This document shows positions 37,501 to 52,505 of a stretch of 64,000 bases of DNA, in pieces. Position 1 is the first letter of the stretch. Every line of letters begins with the position of its first letter. Source of the DNA: Chrysomallon squamiferum (Eukaryota; Animalia; Mollusca). The stretch lies in assembly GCA_012295275.1 (NCBI GenBank), contig CM022673.1:124001-188000 (forward strand), written 5' to 3'. The notes beneath the pieces were generated by a model, which saw nothing but the letters and a program-made list of their open reading frames with translations, searched no databases and had not been told where the DNA came from. Both the position numbers and the translations under genes were made by a program.

Positions 37501-40500
37501 TTTAAATTATATTTGCTATGACTAAAATTTCTGGAAGTTTACAATCTCTTAAAAATTGTTTAACAATGACAGGGAAAACTGTCATACATACTTTCCAGCA
37601 TCTGGGTGTCTGTTCATCTGTAAGTGTATGTAAAACAGTGAACTGCAATCTTTCAGTTCCAACAAAATTTCCAAGAGTAACTGTACACTTCTTTTGTTGT
37701 GAGTTGCAAAACTTCCTGATCTATCAATTTCCTGAGTGGGGATCTTCCAGATACCCTAAATTAAATATATTTACCAAAATTAAAAAATCAGAAATAATAT
37801 CTTAATAAACACACTTAGCAGAATAACATTGAAAAATTAATATGTTAGGTCAAAGAAAAAAAAGAAAAAAGTTAATTTTTGAAAATATGAATACACCATT
37901 TAAGAAATTTTAGTAACAAACTAAAAAAAAAACACCTTCAAATTATTACTAATAAGAAAATCTGTAGGCCTAATTATTATTTATTTCTATCTGAAATTTT
38001 TTATTTGTGACAGAAATTTTAATAATAACAGATAGCAGTATTCTTCCTCTTCAAACATCAAATAATGGTTTGTAACTAACTCAAACTGGCCTAAAGTAAT
38101 ATTTAATTATATTTAATGAGACAGGACTATAAACCTGGAAGAAATTATTGGATCTTCTTTCACTGAACAAGCCTGGAGCAGGCATGTGTTTTTTGGACTG
38201 CCAACGAACATTACCCAGTAACAAATCTTTGGCGAATTCAAGATTCTGAAAACAACACAAAATACTTTTTATATTCTAATATTAAATATAATTATAAACA
38301 AGTCTGGAACAGAATATTAGCCAGTTACAAAAATTTTGATAGCATAAAATTCATACATAAATAAATGAAATTCATGTTCTGTCATGGTTTAGATTATTCA
38401 GTTTTTATTTGGTAACAATACACTGTAGTAACATTAACTTAATATTAACAGTTATACTTGGTTTTTATTTCATTATTAAATAAATATTTGAAAGAGAAAA
38501 AGATCCCTAGATCTTAGAAATGAAAAGAGCTAGTTTGATATTTTGTTATTTTTAAATGTTAGGAAGCAGTATTAACTTTCTTATTTAATGTAATAAAATA
38601 ATCTAAAAAGATGAATGTTATATATAGAAACATTATTTTCTATAGAGACATTGTTGTTCTTTCATTTATATATTTTTATTGGAATGCTTTTCACTAGGTT
38701 TATTGTTTGTGTTTTTTATTTATTTAATTTTATATATATATATATATACACAATATCATACATACATGTCATTCTTACACACACAAATATATATAAGAAT
38801 GACATGGATGAAGTATAATATGGATGAAATGACAATTTACAGTATTTCCTGATTTTTTAAATATTTTAGAGTTTTATATATATATCTATATATAAAATAT
38901 TAATAAAATCAGAAAATAAGGTAACTTGTCATTTCATCCAAAAAATATATATATATATATATTATTTAACACAACCCTAATAGATTTAATTATATTAAAT
39001 GTTATTTATAAATTACCTTATGGAATGGAGAGCAGTAGTAGACATGAGCTAGTCTGTATAAAGTTTTATAGTGAGTTGGGTACCTCACAATACACAGCTC
39101 TAAAGCACTGATACACTTGTCTATCAGCTCTTTTCTCAGATTTTCAGACTTATTACATGTTTCATTTTCTTTAGGACCATCGCCCTTTCCTTGATCTTCC
39201 TTCACTGTACCAGTACTTAATGATTTGGCCTCAGTTGACAAAACCTGCAGCTCGGAATTCAGTTCTGCTGAAATTTCTATCTGACATGATGATGTGGATT
39301 CAATTGCCTTGGTCTTGATATCGATGGTTTTAATTTCATTTTCCTTTTTCTTCTCAGGACAGATGTGTGCTTTATCTTCATCCTCTGCGGATTCTTCTTC
39401 TTCTTCTTCATCTTCTGCAGAACTTCCAGTGATGGATACGGCACTCATGTCATCATCTGTGTCAGTGATAACTATTGGTTCTGTCAAATGACCAGGTTTG
39501 TGCTGTGTTCTCACCATCGAAGAATCAGCAGATTCTTTGTTATCAGATGATTCTACTGATTCTTTCAGCAACTGTGATTCACTAGATGACTTCTCTGCAC
39601 CCTTGTCCTCTGAACTATCCTTGATCTTGACAGTAACAGCAGAAGAGGTTTGATGAACATCAGAGATTTCTGTTATCTTTTGGATGGCTTGTGGTGATTT
39701 TGAATCTACAATATTCATTTCACTGGTTCCTTTTTCAGGTTCAGTCAGTGCAGATCTGTCATCTGGCTCCTTAATTTCTGAATCTGTAGTCTTCATGACA
39801 ACATCACCAGCAGTGTCAGGCTGGTCTGTTCTCACATCTTCTGACACCATCTCAATATCAGGCACATTCTTCAAATGGGAACATTCAAATCCTTCAGAAC
39901 TACTTTTTTCCAGTGTTGACATTGATTCAGTTTGCCCTATTTCTTTACTGACATTAACAGTGGCAGGCAATTTTGAAACCTCAGTCATTTCTTCATCATC
40001 ACTTGTAGAAGACACAACCAGTTCTGAAATTGTTTTGGGGCTGGGACAAGACATATTCAGGTTCTTCTTTTCTATTTTGGATTCCTCAACGAGCAGAGTT
40101 TCCTGGGAAGAGGTGACAAGATTCTCTTGCTGAGAACTGTCAGATTCCTTAGTAACATCCGAGTCGGAGCTTTCTGTTGAGCTTTTCTGCTTGGAGTAGT
40201 TGTGGTCTTGGGGAGTCATGTGGTACACTGGCTTCGCTTTGAAGTGACTGTAGGACGGTGTCGCTGTATGGGCTGTGAGACTTTCATCTCCAGCAGAATA
40301 GTCACGTCTGAAATGTATAGACACCAGATTTACAAACATCTGTTTTAAAATTTTATTGATACTGAAGAAAGCAACTGAGACACTGAAAACGAATTAATTT
40401 TATCAGTATGAAACATTCTTCACATTATTACCAATTTAGAATACAAATACTAAACAACAATATACAAACATATATTTATATCTCAGAAATTAATAACTTA

Positions 40501-42206
40501 GATACAGAACTACAAAACAGCTAGAGATGTAGTGGATATCACAGAAATTACATTCAACTATCTGAAACTTGTTTCTGTATAGATGATTATTGTGACAATT
40601 GTGTTAAGTAGGTCTTCAGGCTTGCTAAACTACTACCAAATGATTGATTTCTCTAAAACTTGTGTCAGAAGAACTATCTAGAAACTATTATTATTAACCA
40701 CTCACTCTCTTCTCTCCTGTCTCTTCTCTTTTCCTCTGGCAAAAGGACTGTTAGCTGCCTCTGTCAGATAGTCTTTAAAGAGAGGAAGATCCACCATTCC
40801 GTCATCCCTCAACAGTTGTTTGAGAATTGCAACGTGGAGACGAAAGAAGAGCTGAAAACGTGAAATTTTAGTTTAATTGAAAAAATGTAAAACATCCAGG
40901 TTATTCCTAAGTTAAAATAAAAATAAATAAAAAATAAAAATCTTCTGAGGGTAAAAAATTTTGGAACACAGATGCAGATCATATTTTCTTAAGTTAACAA
41001 ACAGTGTGCTTTCTATGTACAGAAAGTAAAAAGATATCAAAAAATGTGAGCAAAAACTTAAAAGTTTTGTTTTAAATTCCCTTGGAATAAAATAAGATGT
41101 GGCAAAGATGATGTTTGGTTGTATTAGGAAGATTAGTTGTAGAAAACAATGATAATAAGAAGAATAGAAAAAAAAAAACAAGTAAATAAATAACCTCTAG
41201 TGCCTCCAATGCCAAGTGAGGTGGACTGACATTAAATACAATTTTCTTTGGATACAGAGCTTCATCTTCATGAAGATATATAGCTGCCTGAAATATGACA
41301 ATATAATCTGTCAACAAACAATAATCACAAACAGAATGATACATGAATTAATTGTATTTAGTATGTATTCTAAGTGAATATCATACAACTACAAAAACAG
41401 TCCTCAAGTTTACACCTGCTCTTAAGAATCTAAACTATCTGCCTTTCTACCAACACAGAAAATTAAACTCCAAGTCCTCACCTTGCTCTTTATCCAGTAT
41501 TTTTATAAAATTAATAAATAAGGCATTTAATTCAAACTAACCATGTTCGAAGTGTAAACTCATATTATACATCTATCTACTAACCCGTGTTAGTGTGTAG
41601 CATTAAAATAATTTTAACTGTAATAAGCAGCAAGATGTTAAAACTGAATTCAAAAGATAACCTGTCTGTAATGTTCAAGATAGTCTCTTGGGTGTTTCTT
41701 CTTTTTCTCCATAACTTTTCCCATCATGTAGTGATGTAGCCACTCCTCCTCATTCCCGTCAGCTTCACATTCACTCGCCTTCCAGTAACAGTTCTGTGCA
41801 ACGTGCAACATTTCCTGTTTTGTATCCATGACGATTTGGTGGAGCTCTTCATTCAAAGGAAACCAGCTTTCCTATAAAAATTTTAATAATTAGTAATAAT
41901 TACATTCCATTCTAGTGATGTATTTTTCTACTAAAGTAACTTTTCCTTTTTAAATTGAGTTTTTGCCAAATGTTTTAAATCTTTTGTTATCAAACATTTT
42001 ATACAAGTTATTATAATATTTTTATTTATTTATTTATTTTTTTACATTTCAGTTTTAATTTTTAGCAATACAAACCTGTAAAATAAAATTAAAAAGTAAT
42101 TACGCTTTACATATGTAACATCTTAAAATAAAAAGATGTAGAATTTCTGCAATTAAGAAAATAATCACTTACCAAAACAAAAATAAAATAAACAAATAAA
42201 TAAGTA

Positions 42207-42267
<61 letters not shown>

Positions 42268-45200
42268 TTAAAGCAATACCATTTTCTATAGCAGCATTAT
42301 CCAATAACATGTTCATTAACACAGACTGATTAAAGTTGAATATACGCCATAAAAAGAAAATACGGTAGTGCAGAATTAAAAACTCTGTCACAAAACAGTG
42401 CTGATTTCTGAAAGCAAGGTCAGGATTCTCGACAATGAACCTACCATCTTGAGTTGTCTGGATGCATGTGAATGCAGCTGGTAAGCCAGAGATCCATACT
42501 CAATCCAAAGATTTTTCTGTGAATCGTCAATCTCCACTGATCTACTGAAACATCTCAGAGCTGCTATAGACTTCTTGTGGATGGGGATGTCCATTCTCAG
42601 CTCCATCTGTAAGCAAAGCAGCATGTTCAGATAAACGAAATAAAACACATGCAAATATATTTAGGAACATTTTAAGTTTGAATATTCTAAGTTGGTGTTT
42701 TCATCCTTGTTTCTTCTTCTAAAATTCCATTTAAGTCAAGTAAGTAATGTTCATAAATAAGATCATAATTTTTTAAAATTAAAGTCAGTTAGGTACGACA
42801 TGAAAGTTTTTACATGGGGTATGTTAACTTATCAGTTTTTGCATCACGCAAAATGATGCATGCATGAATACATCTGTTTTTATTTAAATCTAATGATTAA
42901 GACAAACCAAAACTTATTTTTTATCATATTCTTGTGGCAAAGAACATTAAATTATACATGTTTTGTTTCTGTTGCCAGTATCTTAACTTGTTTCATTTAA
43001 TGCACCAGACATCTAAAAAGGATTACTCACAGAACCAAGTTTCTGTTCCAACTGACTCATTCGTGCCAGAGCCATGCCAGCCCAGGAGTCAAGTCGGATT
43101 GGATTTGCACAGAGATCATACATGTAGAACTTTATAGCTTTTCTAAAAAAGATCAAAAAATATAAATTTTACAACCAGAAATTGTCATATGAACATGTTA
43201 ACTAAAAAAAAGAAAGAAAAAAAGATACCTATCTTGAAGCCATTTAAAAAAAAATTATATTAATTAATTATTACTGGCAATTTTCTTATGCCCTGAAAAC
43301 AATGATCTGTCTGCAAATTTTTGTTATACAGTATAAATCCTTTAAATCTTTTGTTTCTTGAATACTTTATGTAATCATTCAGTACAAATGTAAAAATATG
43401 CTGTAATGTTCATTATGTTGATTGAATTTTTGTAGTTTTTGATACATACGCTTGTTCTTTGTTTTTGAAGTAGTAGTCAGCCAGAAGATAATATAGTTCC
43501 TTGAGAACAGGACTGAAAAAAAAAAAAAAAATAAAAAAAAACATTGTGAAAACATCAGAGTTCATTCAATAAATTTTATTTAATAATAAAAAAAGGTAGT
43601 AATAACCAAATATATTAATACTGTAAAGTTCCATTACGTCCATGAGGATTGTGGCAGTTTATGTTGAAGAAAAGTTTAGATGAATCTGCACTTAATATCA
43701 TTTAGGGTCGTATGTCTGTCACCTGAATATGCTTATGACTTAACATGAACAGATCTATTATATTTTACCATAAATGAGACAAGTTTATTGTCAAATATAA
43801 ATATTTGTATTATTCAAGAGAAGAAATGTATAAAGCTTTGTCAGTGATGTGTGTTTTCATCTAATTTACTCAACTCAGAGCAGTATGAGAAATAGATATT
43901 TCACTTCTAATGAACTATAAAATAAATATTTTGTTTTTAATAAACCAAAAATAGATATTTTACTTCCAATAAACTATCTAGATAACACTACCATTTCCTA
44001 AATAATAAAAATCTTAATTATTTATGATTCAGAGAGAAAATAAATTTCACAAAATCAAAATTAAAATAAAGATTAACTATTTAGTAATTTTCACTTTCAT
44101 TTAATTTTAGATTTTTAGTTTTTCAATTACTTTTAAAATTTATAAAAACCTACTTGTCAGTTTCATAGCTTGGAGGTTCGTTTGTGTTGCCTTCAATGTA
44201 GTCCTGAACAAGATCAATTCTTTTAGCTTGAAAAAAACAAAACAGAATGTAATTTTATATTCATTTTTCTACATGAGTTTAAAACAGAATACTAAAATAA
44301 AAAAATAAAAGATAATTTTTTATAAAATCTTCAGTTTTAAAGGAACATGTTAAAAATTATATCCATCGAAGAATTAAACATGAAAGAAAACACTGATTTC
44401 AGCAAATTAACAGATCTGTATAAATGTTTAAAGAAAATTAGCAGTGCACTATTGATTAAACTATTACAGGAACCATCATAGCATATTTAATTTATAATAC
44501 ATTTAACCTGGAAATCTTAAATCCACAATAAAACTTACCAACACTAATTTCATCTGGAACAAGGGCAAAAATTCTTCTTAACAAATTTCCAAGCTGAAAC
44601 AAACACATATTGTCAGTACATGAGTAAATATTGAAATGATTCTAAAAAATAGATTTAAAAAAAAGAAAATATTTTTTTTTTTAAATTGTAATCCTTTTTC
44701 TCCTTATAAATTTTATTTAACAAAAATAAAAATGATACCTAAACCTTTTTCAAAGAATGTTTTTCATAAAAACAGTGCATGATAATACAAATCTTTTTAA
44801 ACAAATTATCGTTTCAATTTTTGCTGAAATTACCATAAGTATTAAAGATTCTAAATTTGAACAACAGATTCCTAATTGAGTTAATTTAATTTTAGTACTT
44901 ACTTCTGCAGACACTGTAATGGTTTTGTAGCTGTCAAATTCTGGAAGAGTTTTTGGTTTGTAATATTTAAAAACTGACTGTGCCCTACTCCAAGTTAAAG
45001 GTATCTGAAAATAATTTAATAAAAAAATGTTATTTTTTTTTTTTTTTAAAGTTTAATAATTTCACATATTTGATAAACATAAATTTTCTTTTTCATTTTT
45101 GTATTAATAGACTTTTAACAACTTATTAAATCCAGCCACCTTCCAATATGGTTTTGGATTGGGTTTAGTTTACCTTATTGTGCTTTGTAATTAATTCTTT

Positions 45201-46327
45201 GTTATTTATAATGTCACAGCTAATTGCTTCATCATGCTAATGTTAAGTCATCATTACTTACAGGAGAAACATTGTGGTCTTGTAGGTGTTTCGCTTTGCC
45301 CTTCTTGTTGGGATGTCCATACAGACAATACACACACTGCTCGAATGCCATGTCCAGTTCATCTTTCAGTGAAGTAGCTTTGTTCATCTCTCGCTCCAGC
45401 AAATCCATGAAGTACAACAGAAGTGCACCATGGGATTTTGTACACCAGGAATGTCTGAATTAAAAGAAATGTTGTCTTGCTCATGTTAAAAGAAATCTAG
45501 TATTGCCTACACTTAAAAAAAAAAAGTGTTGTTAATTTATTAAAAGAAATGTACTGTAGCATATATTAAAAGAAATGTTGTGTTTCTTATATTAAAAAAA
45601 GTGTTGTTTTTATTAAAAGAAATATACTGGTGCTTATATTTAAAAAAATGAACTGTTGCTTATTAAAAAAAAAAATATGTTGTTTTTATTAAAAGAGATA
45701 CATTGTTGTTTATATCAAAAGAATTGTTGTTACTTGTATTAAAAGAAATGTCCTGTATCATAAAAATGTATTGTTCCCTATATTAAAAAAAAGTGTTGTT
45801 ATTTTATTAACAGAAATGTACTATTGCTTATATTTAAAAAAATGTGTTATTGTTTTTATTAAAAGAAATGTACAGTTGCTTACATTAAAAGAAATGCAGT
45901 GTAGCATATATTAAAAGAAATTTACTGGTGCATGTATTAAAAGAAATATTACTGCTGCATATATTAAAAGACATATATTGTATGTATTAAAAGAAATATA
46001 CTGTTGCTTATATTAAAAGAAATAAACTGTTGCTTATTATTTAAAAAGATACACCATTAGGACTAACCAGTTCTGCTTATTTTTCGGAGGTGTATATAAA
46101 ACACACAAGTAACTGTAAAAATAAACTGATTCAAAGAGAATATTACCGTCCAAGATACTCGTGTGCAACATTGAGTAACATGAGTGACGAACTGATTGTA
46201 TTGTCCTCTGTTTGTCCCTCCTGTTCCATGTTCATGGACTGCAGATTACACTCCTCACTAAATTAACAAAATTTAAAAAAACATAATGTAGATATGTATG
46301 TAACAGAATTTCAAAATATTTGTACAA

Positions 46328-46368
<41 letters not shown>

Positions 46369-48771
46369 AAAATTACAAAACATATGGACAAAATGTATAT
46401 TCACATGTCTTATAAACATTATTCACTTAAATTTTCAAAATGTAAAATCTTAAGCTTGTAAATTATACATTTCATAAAAGAAAATGCTCATATCATTCGG
46501 AAAAGTTTCTTTTGTGTATATCTTCAAATCAACTAATTATCTGTAGTATAAAATTATAACAACTAATTATGCAGTGTGAAATAAATCAGTTTTAAATAAA
46601 AAAATACTAACTGCTTTATCAGCCTTGACAACAGTATCCATGGTAACACTGTGGCGACAGGCATTTCAGTTGCAGTTTCAGCAATATCCATCATCACTTC
46701 AATGGTTTTAACAAGATTATTTGAGTATCGAACCATATTGGTTGACAACAAAGCCTTCAAACTGTTTTTATCCTTGTCCAGAACTCTACAAACAATAAAT
46801 TTATTTAACTGTATTATTCAATACACAAAGATAAAGAGTAACAGGCAAACAGATAAACTGAAATAACATGTACACATTAAATACAAAAAAGATATTAATA
46901 TAATTAGTTGTTATTAGTTTGGATACTGTTGTTATATGCCAAAACATGAATAATAAACCACAAAATGCTACTGCAGTGTTTGTTTAGAAATTTGTTGCTG
47001 TAAATAAACGTATAAAAATAAATCTGTATGAATTAAACCATTTTGCATGAAATATAATAATTTTAATTATAATTTACTTTATTTTAAATTACCCTTTAGG
47101 CCAGTGACTCAAGGAGGATTAATTAACTAACTAATTAAATTTTGTAATAATAAAGATATACTGATTCCATTTTAACAAAACTTCATCAAGTTATTCGAAT
47201 GAAATATTATTTATCTTAACAAACTAAATCATTCTGTATTTGACAACAATACAAATATGTTTAAAATATATTATTCTGAAATCAGTAATAATTTAAAACA
47301 CTGAAATTAATAACCAAAAAAAATTCTAGTTTGTTTTAGTAAAGCAGTTTCTGGGTAAAGCAATGTTTTGATTAAAATATAATTGTTTACTTGTTCAATG
47401 CTGTGAAAATCTGATTCATTGTAGCTGCCCATTCCATGCGTGACTGTGATGATGATGCATGACGATAGTGGTAGAAAGCTTCATTGAAAGAAACCTCACC
47501 CCAGTAAATACATTTCTGTAAAAGAATGGTTCTGTTATATATATATATATAAAACTATATAATATTGAAAAGCATGTCTCAAAAATAAATGCCAGGCAAT
47601 GTAATTATAATTTTTACAAAAATAATTTTTAACTCTTTCAAGTTCAATGAAAATATGTTATTTTTATTTTTGTTTTTCATTAGTCATACCAAACAAAATA
47701 TGCTAATAAAATCTTATAATTTACCAGATAATTTTTTGGGGTGATTCTTTTTTCAATATTATTTTTCACATCAAAAAAAATAATATCAAGCATAAAAATT
47801 CAATAGAAGTATGATTAATATTTCTAAATAGAACATAATATTTGCTGCTTAATATACATGTATATAAAATGTTAATAATTAAAGAAATTTTCTGACACAG
47901 CATTAATGAATTTTTGTTTAAGTTACATCATTTAAAACATCAAAGCTATTCTTAAATTAAAATTAAAAAAATTAAAAATAATGTATCTTCTGATGGTAAA
48001 GGTTTTCTGAACATGGGTGCTGATCAACTTATAAATAAAATCAAACTTACATCCAGATCTTTCAGTTTGAAAAGTGAATCTTGAAGCAACATCAGCTGTG
48101 AATGTCTCTCTGGCAGTGGTGCTTTGAATTCAATGGACTAAATTAAGTAACAAAAAGATTATAATTTCAAGCAAGCACTCAATTCAAATTGTTAAAATAA
48201 TGAAAAAAACAATTCAGTGATGACTGTTTTATACTGGCATTTAAATGAAATAATAGTAAAAATAATTTTTAAAACTGAAGTGTTTTATTCAGTTTAAAAA
48301 TCAAATGTGATGAAATAAAATAAAATACAAATAAAAGATTTAAAGATTTTATTCAGTAATGTAAATAATATATTAGTAAAAGCAATATCAGCTACAAAAA
48401 TATGTATATTATGAAATAACGATCAGTATTTAGCTATATGAATTAAAGGTACTCCCTTTCTAAACATGTTTTTTTTAATTCTATTTATGTAAACAACATT
48501 GTATCATTCTCTTAAAAGATCTTATGATAAAGTTGTTCTTTTTGTTTTTCACTGTTTTCATCTTTCTAGTAACAAGTGCTTTTCATCTTTCCACATACCC
48601 TGCCTGTCTGTGCTAAATCTGGGAATGTTTTGAGGAGAAATTCCACAGCTTTCTCATAGTCTTCTGCATTGTACCATTTCTGAGTTTCATCTAGAGACTG
48701 ACATCTCTGAAGAGACTCCAGCTGCTTGTCACAAGTCTCTGTGGGAAATTCAAAATGTTTAATTTTATGAC

Positions 48772-48805
<34 letters not shown>

Positions 48806-51800
48806 TCAATTAAAACAACAGAAGAAGAAAATACATCTGTAATAAAATTAAATTATATATCAGTGACAGAATTAAATGGCAAAAAGCTGCAATGTGTAAG
48901 ATTAAATTTTAAAAAAATCCAAAAAAAACCCACCTGTTGGGCCAAACATTATTATGAGTGTCAGACTTAGGAAAAATAATTGACATAGATGTAAGTGCTG
49001 CCACAAATATCACTGGCCTGGCAGAAACCAAAAAATATCAAAGATTCAGAAACCATTTTAAACCCTGCTGCTGGGAATGTATTTACTACACACTTAGATA
49101 CACACACACACACACACACACATGCATGTGCACATGTATGCACCTTTAATATTTAATATATAAATACACTTTCAGTTAGTTATAATTTATAATTTTCTGA
49201 AATGTTTAATTACCTTTAGTAATGACATCATCAACTTTACAGTTGTACAGCTTCACTGCCTGCAAGTCTTTTTCAAGTCCATATGATAAATAATTCTGAA
49301 CCAAAAAAAAAAAAAAAAATATATATATATATTTAGCAATTTATGAGCACTATCTGTAACATTTTCTTATCTAACTGAAACTATTTTCAAACAAAATATC
49401 CTATGTAGACATAAGTTACTAAAATACATTTGGCAAATGTAAACACATAAAGTACTAATAAACAAAAATATTTTTATTGAAAAGACTGGATGTTTTAAAA
49501 TTTTTGTAAATGTCATGTACGTCTCTATAAATTGAAATTCTACGATACTTATAATTCACCCGAACTTCTTAAAATATCACTGTATCTGTTACATGTTATA
49601 TTAATAATAATTAATAATAATTATAGTCCTCACCCTTTCAAAGTATTCAACAGCTTCATCCATTATGCCTTGCATCATAGCAAATCGAGCTTTCAGCCAA
49701 TACACTGTTTTAAAAAACAAATTAATTAAACTTCATTGTAAAAGAATGAGATTTTGTTGGCAGCAGCTAGTGCTTAACCAGTACAAATTAATTTAAAATG
49801 TCCTGTCATTTTCAAATAAGCAGAATGTTTAAAACAGTGCAAGTAGAATATTTTAAAAACAAAATATGAAATATTATATTAAAAGATGTTATGAATAAAT
49901 ATGTAAACTTTTCTTCTTTCAAAATAATGTAATTATCATAACAGCATCATCTTACCTCTGACTGCATATGGCAGCCATTTGTCTTTGAGGACATGAGATT
50001 GGCCTGCTAGTGTTGTCACATACCAAAAATCATCTATATAAAATTCATCTGACATTTCCATATCCTTCAATAATGTTGTTGCACTCACTGATACACTGTA
50101 ATAAAGAAATGTCAAAGCTACATGAAATTTTGGTGTATAGAATTTACAAATGCACCTGCAGTTTCATAAATAACTAATATTAATATAGTAAAATGACCAG
50201 CAGAATATTAATATTGTTTCTGTGGCTAAAGAGTTAAACACTGGAATAATCGGCTTCCAAATAAAAACATTCAGTAAGTTATAAATATACATATTAATGT
50301 CTGATATCAAACAATATTCTAATATTGTGAATCTGCAATACACAGGCCTGCAGTTTTTATCTCTGTCGTAAGTTGATAATTAACTGACAAAGTTATATCT
50401 GTCAGTTATGTTTTTAACATTTGTAAGTGACAGTTATGGAAGGAAAATACCAGCAATCTGACATTTTCCCACTTTTATTTCAAGTTAACTAGGCTATTCA
50501 CCAAAAATAGTGAAACAGTGAGTAAGAAAGAAAAAATATATCATAAGCCAAGTTATTCATGAATGATTTTAAAATATGTCTGTAGGGATAAAGAATGAAT
50601 ACAGTGGACAAATATATTAATAAAATATTGTCAGTGAAATAAATATAATAATATAAAAGAATATCATAGACACATATAATCTTTTAATAAAATGTAAATA
50701 AAAAATTATATATAAATATATAAAAGAATACCATCTTGGAGAGTTTCCAGGCAATGAGGATCTGGATTTCTTACTCATCCACTGATCAAGTAACAGCTCC
50801 CACCACAACAGAGTGATCTTAAAACACCATGAAAATGAGGATAGCATTTTTAAAAAGATGAAAAATAATAATAAATAAAATTTAAAAAATGTTGATAAAA
50901 ATGATCAACATTTAAAGATCATTTATTTAATGGTCAAATTAGCAATTATAAAATGAATGCACATACACTCAAAAGCATTCTCATACACACACACACACAC
51001 ACACACACTCTCACATGTATGCATGACTATCTATTTTTTTTTTTTTCAAGTTTAATCATTTATCTTTATACAGTTATATAATGTACATCTCTATGAAAAG
51101 AAAGGAAAACAAAGTAAAAGATTAATAAACAAACTTACCTGTCCATATTCAATAATTTCTTCATCAGTAATTTCATCATCATCACTGAAATCAGAGTTCA
51201 AATGTTACACAAAATACTGCATCATTAATAAAATTAAAAATATTTTCTTTTTTTCCAAAAATGTTACTAGTGAACACTGAAATATCTCTGAGGCAATGAA
51301 AGGAATTCTTACTAATTAAAAAAAAAAAAAAAATAAAAACATCTTGCAAATTTGTTTGTTTTGTTTATAATAATGAAAATAGTTTTTATTATAAATTAAC
51401 AGACTGGTATTGACTACAATGCTTTGAAAATATAATCTGCAATCAAACAAAGTATTTGTAAACAATGAAAATCTAGGAAAAATAGTTGTTAACAGTAAGT
51501 GTAAAACAGACCCAAAAAGTGAGGGAAATTTTAGGTGCTTTCGAAGTCGACTGTAGATTTGGACAAATATTTCACCAAGACCTGTAGGCCTGAAAAACAA
51601 ACAAAAAAACAACAATTGAGAGAAAAAGGTGCCAGTTTTGACTGAGTCCACTAATATATACAAAAGCTTTTAAAATTAATGTTGAATTCAGTGTCAGTAA
51701 ATTATTATTTAATTAATTTGAAATTATTAAAAAATATATATTTTAAATGATCAATGCTTGTCACATAAATATAATTGAACACAATCACAATATATTCTTA

Positions 51801-52460
51801 CAAAAGTAAATAGTATTTTTCAACAGGTGACAAATGAGCATGCGATTTCATTTCACATGTGACTGAAATATGTGACATGTAAACATATTCTGAAAGGTGC
51901 ACATATGTGGTTGAATAAATCTGTTTGAAATTCACTTAAAAATTCCTATGAACATTTGTTCCCAACCAGTATATTGGCTGTAAGAAGTATTTTATGAAAA
52001 TGTCTGAAACGAAAATAAAGAGGAACAATAGCCAGGAACAAGACTAACCATTTAATCTGATCTTTGAAACACAGTTTGAGGAGAAATCTGCACATGAGGT
52101 CAATGATCCCCCAGTTTTTAACCATCTCCTGAATAAAACTGCCAACCTCCTCCTCCTCATGGTCTTCAAAAGATAAACTGTCTCCTGATTCCTTAGGACT
52201 TTCTAAAATTGAAAAACAAATAATAATTTAAAAAAACATAAGGACATAGATAGATGGATGGATAGATGGATATAGATAATATACAGAGACAGAAACACAG
52301 ACATAAAAATAGGTAGATAGACAGTCAGACAGGTAGGTACATAGGCAGATAGATAAGTGGGTAGACAGGTGGATAGACAGAGAGACAAAAATGAAAATAA
52401 AAATTGCTTAAATTATAATTATTTATTTATCATTTTCAAAATAAATTAAAACATGGTTTC

Positions 52461-52505
<45 letters not shown>

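Noticed and set aside
39684-40133. Antisense ORFs over large exons (also 14567-14887, 36810-37073 and alternative frame 25473-25970)
   Set aside because: Shadow ORFs of real coding exons with biased codon composition.
43890-43980. ~60-bp direct duplication AAATAGATATTT(C/T)ACTTC..AAT..ACTAT
   Set aside because: An ordinary two-copy intronic duplication with no functional indication.
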